This document shows, piece by piece, positions 14,024 to 27,792 of a stretch of DNA of 64,000 nt; position 1 is the stretch's first letter, and the number at the start of each line of letters is the position of its first letter. The stretch comes from Eledone cirrhosa (lineage: Eukaryota), in contig OZ024746.1 in the NCBI GenBank assembly GCA_964016885.1, positions 40,734,001-40,798,000 on the forward strand. The letters run 5' to 3'. Below the pieces are notes generated by a model. It ran no database searches, was not told where the DNA came from, and worked only from the letters and a program-made list of their open reading frames with translations. Made by a program: the position numbers and the translations under genes.

Positions 14024-14926
14024 TTTTATCTGTTAATGAGAAATTGTTAAAACAATGCTCCTACTTAAAAAAAACAAAAACACTCAGCCACTTAAATAAT
14101 TTCTCACCAAAATATTATCTACAATTATCCCCCCCCCCCCTCCATACCTATCCTCGCTCAGTGTCAATAATTGTAAGATGTGTTAAATAACACATTGTCA
14201 AGCAACTGCTATATTTTATAAATGCTTAGAAACTTGATTCTGCAGGAAAATCAGTACCATAGTATGGGAAAATGAACGCAAACACACTTAAAATGTTGAA
14301 GTAGATCTTTGCAGCTAAACAGGATCAAACTATGATAAAACAACTTAAATAACAAATCCAAGGTTTATTTCAATTATCAATTAAAATTCAGTTTTATTGA
14401 GGATGCTCGTAGAAGGGAGTGACATTGTTGAAATGATAGTAAAAAGGTAGAGATGAAGGGCTCTTCACTCCTAATGGAGTCGTAGGGAAGCTGTCTTGAC
14501 ATACAGCACAACATGAGTATTTTAAAATAAGGCGCAGCCCATCATTCTCCAGCTCAGAACACAGTCGGTTTGAGAGAGATTTTGACAAGAAATATATTAA
14601 ATTTACTTTACAATTATCATATATGAGTCCCAGGCACAGCTGGCTTCGCTGTCACTAGCCGGGCCTTTATTCTGAATAGAAAAGAATTTTCTGGTTAATC
14701 AATTGCATCCTAACTTGTTGAACCCCCACTTCCACCTTGACCACCCCACCTTCATAGAGAACATATATTATAAGCAGAGATTTTAAGAGAATGTGAAAAC
14801 AAACTTTTTAAATATTTCATAAGATCGAAACCGGTAATATTTGATAAAACTTAAAACGATTTAATGTAATAACTATAAAAATATTTATTCTGTCGGCTTA
14901 AAGAAAAAAAAAATCTTTAAATATAC

Positions 14927-15021
<95 letters not shown>

Positions 15022-15380
15022 TATAGAGAGAGAGATGGGAGGAGTAAAATTCCGACCGCGGCGCCAAGAGGTTTCGACTTGTGTGTTCAGCAACCCTATA
15101 TATTTATTTATTTATGTTTGTTGGTTCACCACCGGATAGAATAGTTATCATTCAGTTAAATTATTGATGTATTGTTTTATTGATTTTTTTATCTGTTTGT
15201 CCCGAATCTTCTATTATCGATTTTTTATCGTATGGTTGATTTTAGACTTGTTCTATGTGTGACGGTATTTTAACGATAGTTATAGCTCTGATTCATCTGA
15301 ATTATTGAGCCCTCTGCCGCTCATTTCGAATATTGTTTATCGTGAACTCGTGCGCCGATTTTTCGATACTCGATCTTTCT

Positions 15381-15411
<31 letters not shown>

Positions 15412-15424
15412 TATTTAAAGTATC

Positions 15425-15885
15425 GGTGGATTGGCAGTATCGGTAGAGGGTCGGACATGCTTTCCAGCGTAGTTACGTCCCTTTACGATCTGAGTTCAAA
15501 TCCCGTCGAGGTTAACTTTGCCTTTCATCCTTACGAGGTCGATAAAATAAAGTACCAGTAATGCACTGGGGTAATAACTGGTCTTGTGCCAAAAGTAGAG
15601 GGTTATATATATATATATATATATATTATGTATGTGCGTGCAAAAAGAAATAACAAAGCAAACGACACTACAATGGCAGTATCAGTAGAGGGTCGGACGC
15701 CATGCTTTGCAGCATAGAGTTACGGCCCTTTGTGATCTGAGTTCAAATCCCACCGAGGTTTACTTTGCCTTTCATCCTTATGGGGTCGATAAATTTAAAG
15801 TACGAGTCACGCACTGGGGTCGTTTTAATCAACTTTCCCCTCCCCCAAAATTGCTGGCGTTGTGTCTATATAAGAAACCAATATT
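15425..15885 (+). mobile_element. Two SINE copies
   Basis: Head, core and tail as in the 2611 copy, at about 15425-15598 and 15675-15885. Confidence 0.8.
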
Positions 15886-16731
15886 AGTTTAACGCTTGAT
15901 TGGTGAAGAGGAAGTTGGGGAGATGCAAGGAGGATTTAAATGGGGGGGGGGGGGTTGTTAAGCAGTGATGGTGATGGTGATATTAGTTTGGAGAGTAGCA
16001 AAGAAGGTGCGCTGAAATAGCTCCTTCTTGGGTGGGGCCAACTAGGTCACGATCGCTGTAAGTAGGGAGGGATCCAGAACACCAGAAGTTTCCATTGCTA
16101 TAGGTTCGATGATAAACCTATCAGAAAACGGCTGGTTCTTCAACACCTTGCAGTCTAGAACTTGCACAACAAAACCTGGTTCTGCCACCTAAGCTGACTA
16201 AAAAGCCGGTAAAATGGAGGAAGGAGAAGAGGGGGCAATACAGTAAACACTTAAAGATCAAAATACAAACGACTGTTAACCTCTCGTGACCTTTTATGTT
16301 AAGTTGACCCTACCAAATCCCTAGAGAAAATCAGGCAAACACATGTTGCTATTACTGTGTGTGTTTAGAGGTTTCTTAAAGTGGTATTAAGAAATGAAAA
16401 TATTTCAAGCCTCCACGACCCTCTCAAGAAGAAAAAGAAAAAAAAAGAAAAGAAAAAGAAGAATTTCAAGAACCATAGTCCAGTCGTATAACAACAACCA
16501 CAATCACCACCAACATTGCCAACACTACTATCTTAACATCACGGTCGTTCCCTCTCTGCTTAAAATACCCCACCCCAACCTAAGACACACTGGACACAAT
16601 TCTAGAAATAAAATACGAAATGATAAAAAAATGTCTTTGATCATATGTCTGCTCCAAAAGAGCTGACCTAGGGCTAAACACTATCACTATCACTGCTTAA
16701 CTGCTACCATTAACTATTACTACTACCTACC

Positions 16732-16898
16732 GGTAGAGGGTCGGACGCCATGCTTTGACGAATAGAGTTACGGCCCTTGCCATTCTGAGTTCAAATCTCG
16801 TCGAGGTTAACTTTGCCTTTCATCCTAACGGGGTCGATAAAATAAAGTACCAGTAATACTCTGGGATAATTGCTGGCCTTGTGCCTATGGTAGAAACA
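16732..16898 (+). mobile_element. 5'-truncated SINE with 23-bp TSD
   Basis: attaactattactactacctacc at 16709-16731 and 16899-16921 flanks the SINE body. Confidence 0.85.
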
Positions 16899-17285
16899 AT
16901 TAACTATTACTACTACCTACCTATATACAGCTCCGATTAACACTATCACCATTACGACCTAAACTACTATTCAAGTCAACGAGAGAGCCATAACGACATG
17001 TTGGAAATAACAGTTAAATCGCCCTCAAAACCACACACTACTATTTCTAAAAAGGTTGTAGTGGATAATGTAGTCCGCTGGTACACAATATCTGGGGCAA
17101 AGGAAAAAAACAAAACAAAACAGACACGATGGCCTTTGATCATAGGTCTGCTCGAACAGAATTGACTTGGGGTTAAAAAAACAGCAACAAGTATGAGCAC
17201 CACCTCCACCACCACCTCCATTATAATCACAATCAACGAATCATTAACAGTGTTCTGTTTCAATGCTATTATATGCTAAAGAATA

Positions 17286-17737
17286 TGGCGGTGGACTGGC
17301 AGTATTGGCAGAACGTATGACAACATGCTTTGCAGCATAGAGTTATGGCCCTTTACATTCTGAGTTCAATTCCTGCTTAGGTTAGCTTTGACTTTCATCC
17401 TTACAGGGTCGATAAAATAAAGTACCTATAACGCATTGGGGGTCGATTTAATCTATTTCCCCCTTCCTCTTCAAATTGCTGGCCTTGTGCCAAATATAGA
17501 AATATATATACTATAGAATGGCGGCGGATTGGGAGAATCGTTAAAGCGTCGGACAAAATACTTTGCGGCATTTAGTCACGACCATTTACATTCTAAATTC
17601 AAATCCCACCAATGTCAACTTTGCTTTTCATCCTTCTGGGCTTGATTAAATAAAGTACTAGTAACGTACTGGGGCCGATTTAAATCGACCCCTCCCTCCA
17701 ACAAATTGCTGGCTTTTTACCTAAATTAGAAATCATT
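17286..17737 (+). mobile_element. Two adjacent SINE copies
   Basis: Heads ggcggtggactggcag and ggcggcggattgggag, each followed by the core and tail. Confidence 0.75.
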
Positions 17738-18407
17738 ATATTCTGTAGAGTATTCAGGGTCGAATCAAAACGTTCAGAGATCCTAAGCATTGACTCTATT
17801 GTATTTGAAACAAAAAAACAATACCCTAAGCACGTACTTATCTTACTTAATGGTTACCAAGGCTTAGAGCATAGTTTTAGCCAAAACTCTATGAAATAAA
17901 AAGAGGATAATATTTACTGTCCACGAAGATATTCTATATGAAAACAATAAATCTGTTTATTACTGTAGTTCCGGAGCCTCATGCGGCTCTATGCTATCTT
18001 GTGAGAATTCTAAGCACTCTGAATTTTTTTTTTTTTTAAATTATTAAATCTGAAATCCCGTATTAAAATTACAGCCAGGACTTATGACCTAGACGTCGAA
18101 ATAATGTCAGATAAGATTTAAAGCCATACAGAATAGTGACATCTTATTTAAAGCAGTGATTCGAGGAAGATTTGACTGTTGTTTTTAGTACTTCGAGTAA
18201 ACACAGAGGTTGCATCGTTTTTGTTATATAATAGTTCTAGGCCAGTCATGATGAAATAGGACCGCACTGTAGGAGTGACTCTCCCATTTTGTTTTAATCT
18301 TAGTATACGTAGGACTAGAAATAGCAATGTGTCCTTCCTTCTTTCGGTTTTTAATATAACAGGGTGTGGTTTGAAGGTCGAGCGATACATTTGTTAGCGC
18401 TTAGAGC

Positions 18408-18525
18408 AGGCATGGGCAACCTAGGTTGTGGCTCATCATAAGGCGAGTCGCACCACTAAAAAATTCAAGACAATTTTGAAATTAGGCGTGCATTTCAGAA
18501 AGCCAAACGGGCCGCAGTGAGCCTG
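18408..18525. mobile_element. hAT-type MITE remnant; related sequence at about 28710-28875
   Basis: Begins caggcatgggcaacc and ends gcctg; cttagag on both flanks. Confidence 0.5.
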
Positions 18526-18612
18526 TCTTAGAGGATGTCTTCGTTTTCTTTTTCACGTTTCAAATCGATAAGGAAAATTTTTTCGAACCACATTAGATCA
18601 AGCTACATTATC

Positions 18613-18805
18613 CAATTGTTTCTACTTTTGGCACAAGGCCAGCAATTATCTCAGTGTATTACTTACTGGTGCTTTATTTTATCGACTCCCTAAGGATGAA
18701 AGGCAAAGTTAACCTCCGCGAGATTTGAACTCAGACCGTAAAGGGCCGTAACTATGCTGCAAAGCATGGCATCGGACCCTCTACCAATACTGACAATCCA
18801 CCGCC
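18613..18805 (-). mobile_element. SINE copy; other minus-strand copies at about 24047-24262, 30880-31030, 34238-34395, 40323-40508, 41915-42125 and 48830-48990
   Basis: Reverse complement of the full SINE (aattgtttctactttt...ccaatccacc). Confidence 0.8.
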
Positions 18806-19377
18806 CTATTAGACGTTAATATAATATAATCCACACAACTCCAGGAACAAACTAAGAAACGAGAACTGGCATTTAACATTCATTAAAATAATAACTAACA
18901 TCATTTATTATAATGGTGATTAGTGAGTAAATACCATTACAAACATTGGTGGACTAAATCATCACAAACACGTGTGTGTGTGTAGGTCTGTGTGTGCGCA
19001 TCTCTGTTGTTATAACGGATATGGAGTGACCTATAAACATACGCTGTGGATTAGTATAACACGTCTCAATTACCTCCATCATCTGACATAAACTGTTATC
19101 AATACCCCCCCCCCCCCCCCTAATATATATATATATACATATACATACATACATACATACATACACAGTTGCCCCCGATATTCGCGGGGGTCACATTCCT
19201 AGAGCACCCACGAAGAATGAAAAAAACCCGCGAATATTGGACGTGGTCAATAAAAATCACTATAAATGTCAAAATATAACGTAAAAATGATTAAAAAAAA
19301 AAAAAGAGGGGACGTCTTATGCAAATGGGAACCAAATAGACCGGCGAACACGGTATATTGGTATTAATAATTTAACG

Positions 19378-19427
<50 letters not shown>

Positions 19428-19600
19428 CCACGAACAAAGCCATAAAAAATCGCGGAAGATATTTACGATTCCGCGAATATGCGGTGGCTCCACAAACAAT
19501 TTTTAGTTAGGTTCTAAGGAAAATTCCGCGAATAACCGGGAACGCGAATGCCGGGGGTACACTTTATGTGTGCGAGTGTGTATGTGTGTGTATATATATA

Positions 19601-20652
19601 TCATAATCTATAAAGCTCAGTGTGTGGTCATGCTCCTTTCTTATAGAAATCTACGATATAAAATTTCTTCAATTGAAATTTACAATTCAGTATTCGAAAT
19701 AGCTTCGATTGCGTCTTGGCACAGATAATTTTTTCAATTTCACCCACAATTACGCAAAAAATAGATAAAACTCAATATTTTACGATTTTTCTCTGTCATT
19801 TAAACTGCTAAACTCTTTCCACTACCATTCAAAATCTATACAACTTCATACTTTCTGTTACTTTCTCTTTCCAAGCTTGATGGTGATACTGTCCGTTTTA
19901 CTCTCTCATATCATGTTTCTCCTCTAACTACAACCCACACATTTTGCTACTTTCTCTTTTATACAGATACATTTATTCAACAACAAGCGATAAATCTTTT
20001 TTAAAACCTCTTTTCCAAACGCATACAAACACACACTCACTTCAACAACAACAACAACAATCTGCCTTTTATAGATAATGATAAACAATAATATCCTCTA
20101 TGAGGTCACTAAACCTGCTAGAAACAGCAGCTAACTCTCCCCCATACCACACCTCTCCCTAATGTCTTAAATTTAGAAAACATATCTTCTATGAGGTCAC
20201 TAAACCTGCTAGAAACAGCAGCTAACTCTCCCCCATACCACACCCCTCCCTAATGTCTTAAATTTAGAAAACATATCTTCTATGAGGTCACTAAACCTGC
20301 TAGAAACAGCAGCTAACTCTCCCCCATATCACACCACTCCCTACTGTCTTAAATTTAGAAAACACACTGACAACCATGCAGAACAACTCCATCGCAGCTC
20401 TGTTGTTCGGCTGGCATCGTCTACGCGCGTGTTGCGCAAGTACTGTGAAACAATAAATTTCAACACTTTTTTGCACAGAGATAATATCCATAGGCGAAAC
20501 TACAATTGTCACTGCTGGCGCAGCTCCTGCTTCCAGGTCTGCAATTCATTCACCCAGTGCCTGACAGACAAAAAAGTGCTGCCATAAAATGGGTGGTGCA
20601 ACCTAACTTTGGTAACTTAATGACCCCGAGCAACGCCGGGCTTTAATGCTAG
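19601..20652 (+). mobile_element. Non-autonomous Helitron
   Basis: 5' A|TC start, 3' GC-rich hairpin cccgagcaacgccggg followed by CTAG|T, no TSD; contains a 91-bp tandem triplication at about 20093-20365. Confidence 0.65.
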
Positions 20653-21499
20653 TATATATATAGTTGAAAGTGAGCAAACAAAATACGGAAGGTTGATATT
20701 GGTCAATAAGAACGGACATCACCGACAACACTATTAGTGACGTAACCAGCCATACGCCAAATGAAAAGGCGCGCAACACTTAGATTGATGAAAGGTCAAC
20801 TAGGAATTGAAACCATACTGTGGTGTTAGATTGACGAAAGCTTACTTCTTTCTCTATAACAGTTCGTTACTACTGAGTCGCAGAATATATTGATTTACGA
20901 TTGACAATAGCTGTAAATATTTTGTTGAGGTGTGACAAACAACGTAGAGCCAGAGAATTATAGCCATCACTCGATATTGATTCCTGATTGCAAACACTTC
21001 TCTTAATTCCATGGCTTAAATGCTCTTGAGAAAGTCATGAATATCACCCAATCTTGTTCCACCACTCCGTTTATAAATCTGGAATGTCGTGCCGCATATG
21101 CAATTAATCAATATTCTGCTTTATCTTAAATAATCTACGGTCAGAATTCTCACAACCAATTGGATATTAATGAAAAGAAAATCATCGAACCGCGAAATCT
21201 GTATTAGCAATTTCTCACAATGTAAGAGAGAAACTTTATACAAAAATAGAAAATAAAAGACGACCGACAGTTTAGTAGTGGGGTTAGCTGTTAGAATGGC
21301 ATGCTTGCAACACCCCGGCTTAGGCGTGGCTGTGTGGTTAAGAATTCGGCCTCGCAACTGTGAGGTTTAAGGTTCAATTCACGGGGAATTTGTCTTCTAC
21401 CATAGACTCGAGTCAACCAAAACCTCTTCAGTGAAATTCGGTGGATCGAAAATGTGTAGAAGCCCGTCGGAATGTCCGTTCTTGTTCTTGGGTGGTAAC

Positions 21500-21642
21500 T
21501 TAATCCGTTACCAGAGTTAACACTTCCACCTAGCCCTTCAGTGAAATACTTAATCTGCTACCTGGGTTAACACAGCCACCTGGCCTTTCGGTTGTGTATT
21601 TCATCCGTTACCCGAGTTAATACTACCACCAGGCCCTTCGGT
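21500..21642. repeat. Degenerate ~51-bp tandem repeat, 3 copies
   Basis: Recurrent atccgttacc.gagttaa.act.ccacc.ggcccttcgg. Confidence 0.7.
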
Positions 21643-24620
21643 GCCTTTTGTGGAGTTCACTCTGCTACGAACATTCAGACTAAACCTCCTGTCTGAGGAT
21701 AACTTCTCCTCTTCCATATAGAAACTTTGACGTCATGTAAAGGGTCACAGGCGCTCTAAGTCACACACACCAAAAAGAGAAGAAGAAAAAACAAAACGAG
21801 AGGAAATAACGGATTATTCGTCGAAATAGTATATAATTGTTACAGAAAAGACTACGATGAAGATGAACTTTTTCAGATCATGTCAACACACAGCATTTGA
21901 TGGTTACATGTAGGAAGCGAAGGAAGGTGATAAATTAGCACCCTTCAGCATGATCTAGCGATTTGTTTTTAAATAGAAATTCGGAAACACTAAAGGATGT
22001 CATGTGCGACCTAGTTAAGGTCACAGACTAGAAAATAAGCTTAATACAACTTGTTGCTATGGAAACTGTAATAGCAGTCAATTCCAGCAATTAAGAAGTC
22101 TTCAAATGAACTCAGTGGCCTGCCGATGGTTTCTTTCTAAAAGAAATTATCCCCATCTTCCCCGAAGTTCAATTTCATAAGTTCGAGGTGGAATCTTTCT
22201 TCCTATTTAGTGTAAAATATAACAAGTGAATTTCAAAATATGAATTGTTCAGTGGAGATGGAAATTATTAAATAGAGCAAGTTCCCACTCGAATGAAGAA
22301 ATAAACTTAATTTGAACGTCATATCCTTGTTTGATTATATCGATAGATGGTAGGTCAAGAACAATGCTACAGTGTATCAACCCTAAGGTCATTTATTGAT
22401 TTCTCGCCTTTACGCATATAGCAGGAACAATTATTTTAAAATCTGTTTCATATAGTAAATTATGATATACTAAACGTTGGAAGAGAAAGGGAGGGGGTTG
22501 CGTTGGAATTCGTGTTGTCCTCATTAGTAAAGGTAAAACACAAATTACAAAGCTGCGTTTCATCAAAACAGTTTTTTTTTAGTCTTACATCTCTTTTACC
22601 GCCACAAGGAAGATCTGCTTTGAATAAGCCCGTGGACAATTTTTTATAGTTAGTTTGTTTTCAGTTATTAATTCGCTATCTATATTCCAGTAATGGAGAA
22701 TTCTAAACGAAAATTCAGTTCGCTACGTTTTTTTTTATTACTTACAACACACCAATAAACTACAGGGCAAATGTTATAGGGAGTCAATTTATTCCATATC
22801 TCGTATATTGGGGAAAAAAATTAACTAAAAATTGAAATAGAAAGTATACAGATATCTTCATAAAACAATCATTTAAGGTCGTCTAACAAAATTACATATA
22901 AATGCCTTGAGCTAACGAAACGGACTGCTAGAAATAGCAGCTCAATTTCCATTATATTACACTGTATTATCTTAAAAAAGAAGCCACACATTATTTTATT
23001 GCTTAGTGAGGGGAAGAATAGCAGCGCCTGTGAGTTTGCAGGGTCCCCGAGATTACACGATTTACTGATCATCCTTAGACTGCATATCTAGCCAAAATGT
23101 TTTAACTATCTGCACTTCACCAGCCAATCAGCCAGCCATGGGCTAGGTGTGGTTTTAAACCGGGTGACAGACAGCCTTCTATACAGTTTCCGCCTATCCA
23201 ATTTTACCCACTAAGTTTTAGTTGACTCGAGACTGTGGTAGAAGACACTTGCCTAAGGTATCTCCTGATGTCAACGAATACATTGCAACAGAATTGAGAG
23301 AGGATGTGTGTAATACTCGGGTTATAAATTCAATTGCGAGTGGCACCGATTGAAGGAACAACTCCTATTCGGATAGATGGGATTTAAACATTTTACTTAA
23401 ACAGAATAACTTTATTTTAGTATATTGAATACCAATGCGCTTACACCATATTATCAGTACTCTCGACCTCGGCATGGTTTGAACCCCGAGAGCAAGGAGC
23501 TGGAACCAATACCGCAAAGTATTCCATCCGATGTTTTAACGACTCTGCCAATTTGCTATCTTATGCTGCAATCAAATATCAATCTAGTTTGACTAATTTG
23601 ACTCAGTGATGTTTACAAATCCAAGATATATTCATCAGAATATTGTCCGCTGTTTTCTAAAACAATAACAATAGTCATAAGTTTAACGACAATTCTTCAT
23701 TGTATATATTGTACAACAAAAATATAATTAATTGGTAAGAATCATTATGATAATGATGATGATAACGATGACGACGTATTGCGGTTTGGAAGTGAAAACA
23801 AACTCCAACCACAGATGAGTATGCATATTGATAAATAGGTTAAGTTTTAAGATAAACCTTAAGAATAACACGAGAGACATTTAGAGAATAGGTCATTCGT
23901 TTCTTTTATAAGAAATACACCACTTTCGTTAATAGGACATTGTTTTCGGCGAGATCTACCTTCTTCGTTAACAACCGAAATATTTACCTGCGTTATTCCA
24001 ACAAGTATGGCAAAAAAAATTATAAATAACAAAAGTCACATCTCTAATAATTGTTTCTACTTTAGGCCCAAGACCAGTAATAATTTTGGGAGTGGGGAAA
24101 TCGATTAAATCGACTCCAGTGCATTACTGGTGCTTTAATTTATCGACCCCGTAAGGATGAAAAGCAAACTTAACCTCGACGGGATTTGAACTCAGAACGC
24201 AAAGGGCCATAACTCTATACCGCAAAGCCTGGTGTCTGACGCTCTATCGATACTGCCAACCCAATAATGATTATACACAAAGATGGCCGAATGGTTAAGG
24301 AGTTCGCTTCGCAATCATTAGGTCATGTTCAATCCCATTGCGTGATATTTTGGGTACGTGTTATCTACCATGGGGTCGACATATGCCTCGTGAGTGAAAT
24401 TGGGTTGACGGAAACTGCCTAGAAGCCTGTATACATTTTTGGGGACACCATATATATATATATATATAAATTTTGAGTATATGTTGGTTGTTTACCGACA
24501 CCTCAGTATGCAGATTGGAGCACTCGACGAGTGCGCAGGTTGGTTTGGTTACTACGGAGTAATGTAAAATAAAATAATTAAGTCAAATATTTAAAATTTG
24601 GCTTCGTTTATTAAAGGTGT

Positions 24621-24675
24621 ACTGCTATATATATTTCGGTGACAGCCATCCTTGGCTGTGACCTCTTCAGGCAGT
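24621..24675 (-). ncRNA. Type I hammerhead ribozyme motif (family A, mirror copy)
   Basis: Reverse complement of 24915-24969. Confidence 0.8.
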
Positions 24676-24914
24676 CCGAATTGGTGTGGTAGAGACGGGT
24701 ACACATGTTGTTGAAGTGTTTAACTCCGTCAATACTCCGATATGCCCAGTTCCTGGTTGGGTTGTTATTTCTCTGAGGAACTGGAATCATATATATGATA
24801 TGATTCCAGTTCCTCAGAGAAATAACAACCCAACCAGGAACTGGGCATATCGGAGTATTGACGGAGTTAAACACTTCAACAACATGTGTACCCGTCTCTA
24901 CCACACCAATTCGG

Positions 24915-24969
24915 ACTGCCTGAAGAGGTCACAGCCAAGGATGGCTGTCACCGAAATATATATAGCAGT
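24915..24969 (+). ncRNA. Type I hammerhead ribozyme motif (family A)
   Basis: actgc-CTGAAGA-ggt c acagcca agga tggctgt c acc-GAAA-tatata-TA^gcagt: stem I actgc/gcagt, paired stem II, palindromic stem III. Confidence 0.8.
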
Positions 24970-25460
24970 ACACCTTTAATAAACGAAGCTAAATTTTAAA
25001 TATTTGACTTAATTATTTTATATATATATATATATAGTAATAATAATAAATTTGAAGACTAAAATTCAAAGAGGGCTCGATAAGGATAAATATATATCAA
25101 ATATATAAGAACCGTAGAGCAAATATTTATTAAAATAACAGATTAAAGTTTAAGCAAAGAATCGCTGCTTTCACCCTTAACGGGATCTTCTGAAACTAAC
25201 ATAGTCAATCTGTAAACGCAGAAGTGGATATTTCAAAAAACGTTGCAACCGGAGGAAGATAGGAAGACGATACTTTGGTTAAACTTTAATCTGTTATTTT
25301 AATAAATATATATATATATATATATTGGAATAAATGCTCTGAAATAGCGATATATATGTGAATATAGACATAGAATATTCGAAAATATTCTGTATGTTTA
25401 TAATAAACATTTTGAAGACCTAATCGCTATAGAATAGAATACGTCACGTATTACAATTAG

Positions 25461-25550
25461 ATTCTCGATAAAAGCAAGGGAAGTAAATCTACGCGTTTCA
25501 TTCTCGTTAGAAATCGTCAGGACTACATATCCAGTGCTTTTATCGAGAAT
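25461..25550 (-). ncRNA. Type I HHR (family B), first of 7 minus-strand copies spaced 311 bp apart (last at 27327-27416)
   Basis: Minus strand: attctcgataaaagca ct ggatat gtagtc-CTGACGA-t ttct aacg agaa t-GAAA-cgcg-TA^gatttac ttccct tgcttttatcgagaat. Stem I is extended by a perfect 16-bp helix. Confidence 0.8.
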
Positions 25551-27702
25551 GACACAGCTAGAGACTTATAGAATACTTAGCTGTGTACAGGAACTGGTTT
25601 GAAAGAGCGGTTGCCGGTCCGGCAGAAATTAGAAATTGGAATAAATGCTCTGAAATAGCGATATATATGTGAATATAGACATAGAATATTCGAAAATATT
25701 CTGTATGTTTATAATAAACATTTTGAAGACCTAATCGCTATAGAATAGAATACGTCACGTATTACAATTAGATTCTCGATAAAAGCAAGGGAAGTAAATC
25801 TACGCGTTTCATTCTCGTTAGAAATCGTCAGGACTACATATCCAGTGCTTTTATCGAGAATGACACAGCTAGAGACTTATAGAATACTTAGCTGTGTACA
25901 GGAACTGGTTTGAAAGAGCGGTTGCCGGTCCGGCAGAAATTAGAAATTGGAATAAATGCTCTGAAATAGCGATATATATGTGAATATAGACATAGAATAT
26001 TCGAAAATATTCTGTATGTTTATAATAAACATTTTGAAGACCTAATCGCTATAGAATAGAATACGTCACGTATTACAATTAGATTCTCGATAAAAGCAAG
26101 GGAAGTAAATCTACGCGTTTCATTCTCGTTAGAAATCGTCAGGACTACATATCCAGTGCTTTTATCGAGAATGACACAGCTAGAGACTTATAGAATACTT
26201 AGCTGTGTACAGGAACTGGTTTGAAAGAGCGGTTGCCGGTCCGGCAGAAATTAGAAATTGGAATAAATGCTCTGAAATAGCGATATATATGTGAATATAG
26301 ACATAGAATATTCGAAAATATTCTGTATGTTTATAATAAACATTTTGAAGACCTAATCGCTATAGAATAGAATACGTCACGTATTACAATTAGATTCTCG
26401 ATAAAAGCAAGGGAAGTAAATCTACGCGTTTCATTCTCGTTAGAAATCGTCAGGACTACATATCCAGTGCTTTTATCGAGAATGACACAGCTAGAGACTT
26501 ATAGAATACTTAGCTGTGTACAGGAACTGGTTTGAAAGAGCGGTTGCCGGTCCGGCAGAAATTAGAAATTGGAATAAATGCTCTGAAATAGCGATATATA
26601 TGTGAATATAGACATAGAATATTCGAAAATATTCTGTATGTTTATAATAAACATTTTGAAGACCTAATCGCTATAGAATAGAATACGTCACGTATTACAA
26701 TTAGATTCTCGATAAAAGCAAGGGAAGTAAATCTACGCGTTTCATTCTCGTTAGAAATCGTCAGGACTACATATCCAGTGCTTTTATCGAGAATGACACA
26801 GCTAGAGACTTATAGAATACTTAGCTGTGTACAGGAACTGGTTTGAAAGAGCGGTTGCCGGTCCGGCAGAAATTAGAAATTGGAATAAATGCTCTGAAAT
26901 AGCGATATATATGTGAATATAGACATAGAATATTCGAAAATATTCTGTATGTTTATAATAAACATTTTGAAGACCTAATCGCTATAGAATAGAATACGTC
27001 ACGTATTACAATTAGATTCTCGATAAAAGCAAGGGAAGTAAATCTACGCGTTTCATTCTCGTTAGAAATCGTCAGGACTACATATCCAGTGCTTTTATCG
27101 AGAATGACACAGCTAGAGACTTATAGAATACTTAGCTGTGTACAGGAACTGGTTTGAAAGAGCGGTTGCCGGTCCGGCAGAAATTAGAAATTGGAATAAA
27201 TGCTCTGAAATAGCGATATATATGTGAATATAGACATAGAATATTCGAAAATATTCTGTATGTTTATAATAAACATTTTGAAGACCTAATCGCTATAGAA
27301 TAGAATACGTCACGTATTACAATTAGATTCTCGATAAAAGCAAGGGAAGTAAATCTACGCGTTTCATTCTCGTTAGAAATCGTCAGGACTACATATCCAG
27401 TGCTTTTATCGAGAATGACACAGCTCGATTTCTAACGAGAATGAAACGCGTAGATTTACTTCCCTTGCTTTTATCGAGAATCTAATTGTAATACGTGACG
27501 TATTCTATTCTATAGCGATTAGGTCTTCAAAATGTTTATTATAAACATACAGAATATTTTCGAATATTCTATGTCTATATTCACATATATATCGCTATTT
27601 CAGAGCATTTATTCCAATTTCTAATTTCTGCCGGACCGGCAACCGCTCTTTCAAACCAGTTCCTGTACACAGCTAAGTATTCTATAAGTCTCTAGCTGTG
27701 TC

Positions 27703-27792
27703 ATTCTCGATAAAAGCACTGGATATGTAGTCCTGACGATTTCTAACGAGAATGAAACGCGTAGATTTACTTCCCTTGCTTTTATCGAGAAT
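27703..27792 (+). ncRNA. Type I HHR (family B) in the inverted arm; second copy at 28014-28103
   Basis: CTGACGA at 27733-27739 and GAAACGCGTA at 27754-27763; predicted cleavage after 27763. Confidence 0.8.

Larger units (their letters stand above)
24569..25021. repeat. 453-bp near-perfect palindrome (arms about 224 bp, centre 24795) carrying two HHRs
   Basis: Arms are reverse complements, with one mismatch seen (24600/24990); mirrored ORFs 24611-24904 and 24686-24979. Confidence 0.95.

Noticed and set aside
24611-24979. Pair of near-identical 97-aa ORFs on opposite strands
   Set aside because: A by-product of the palindrome; no recognisable domain.
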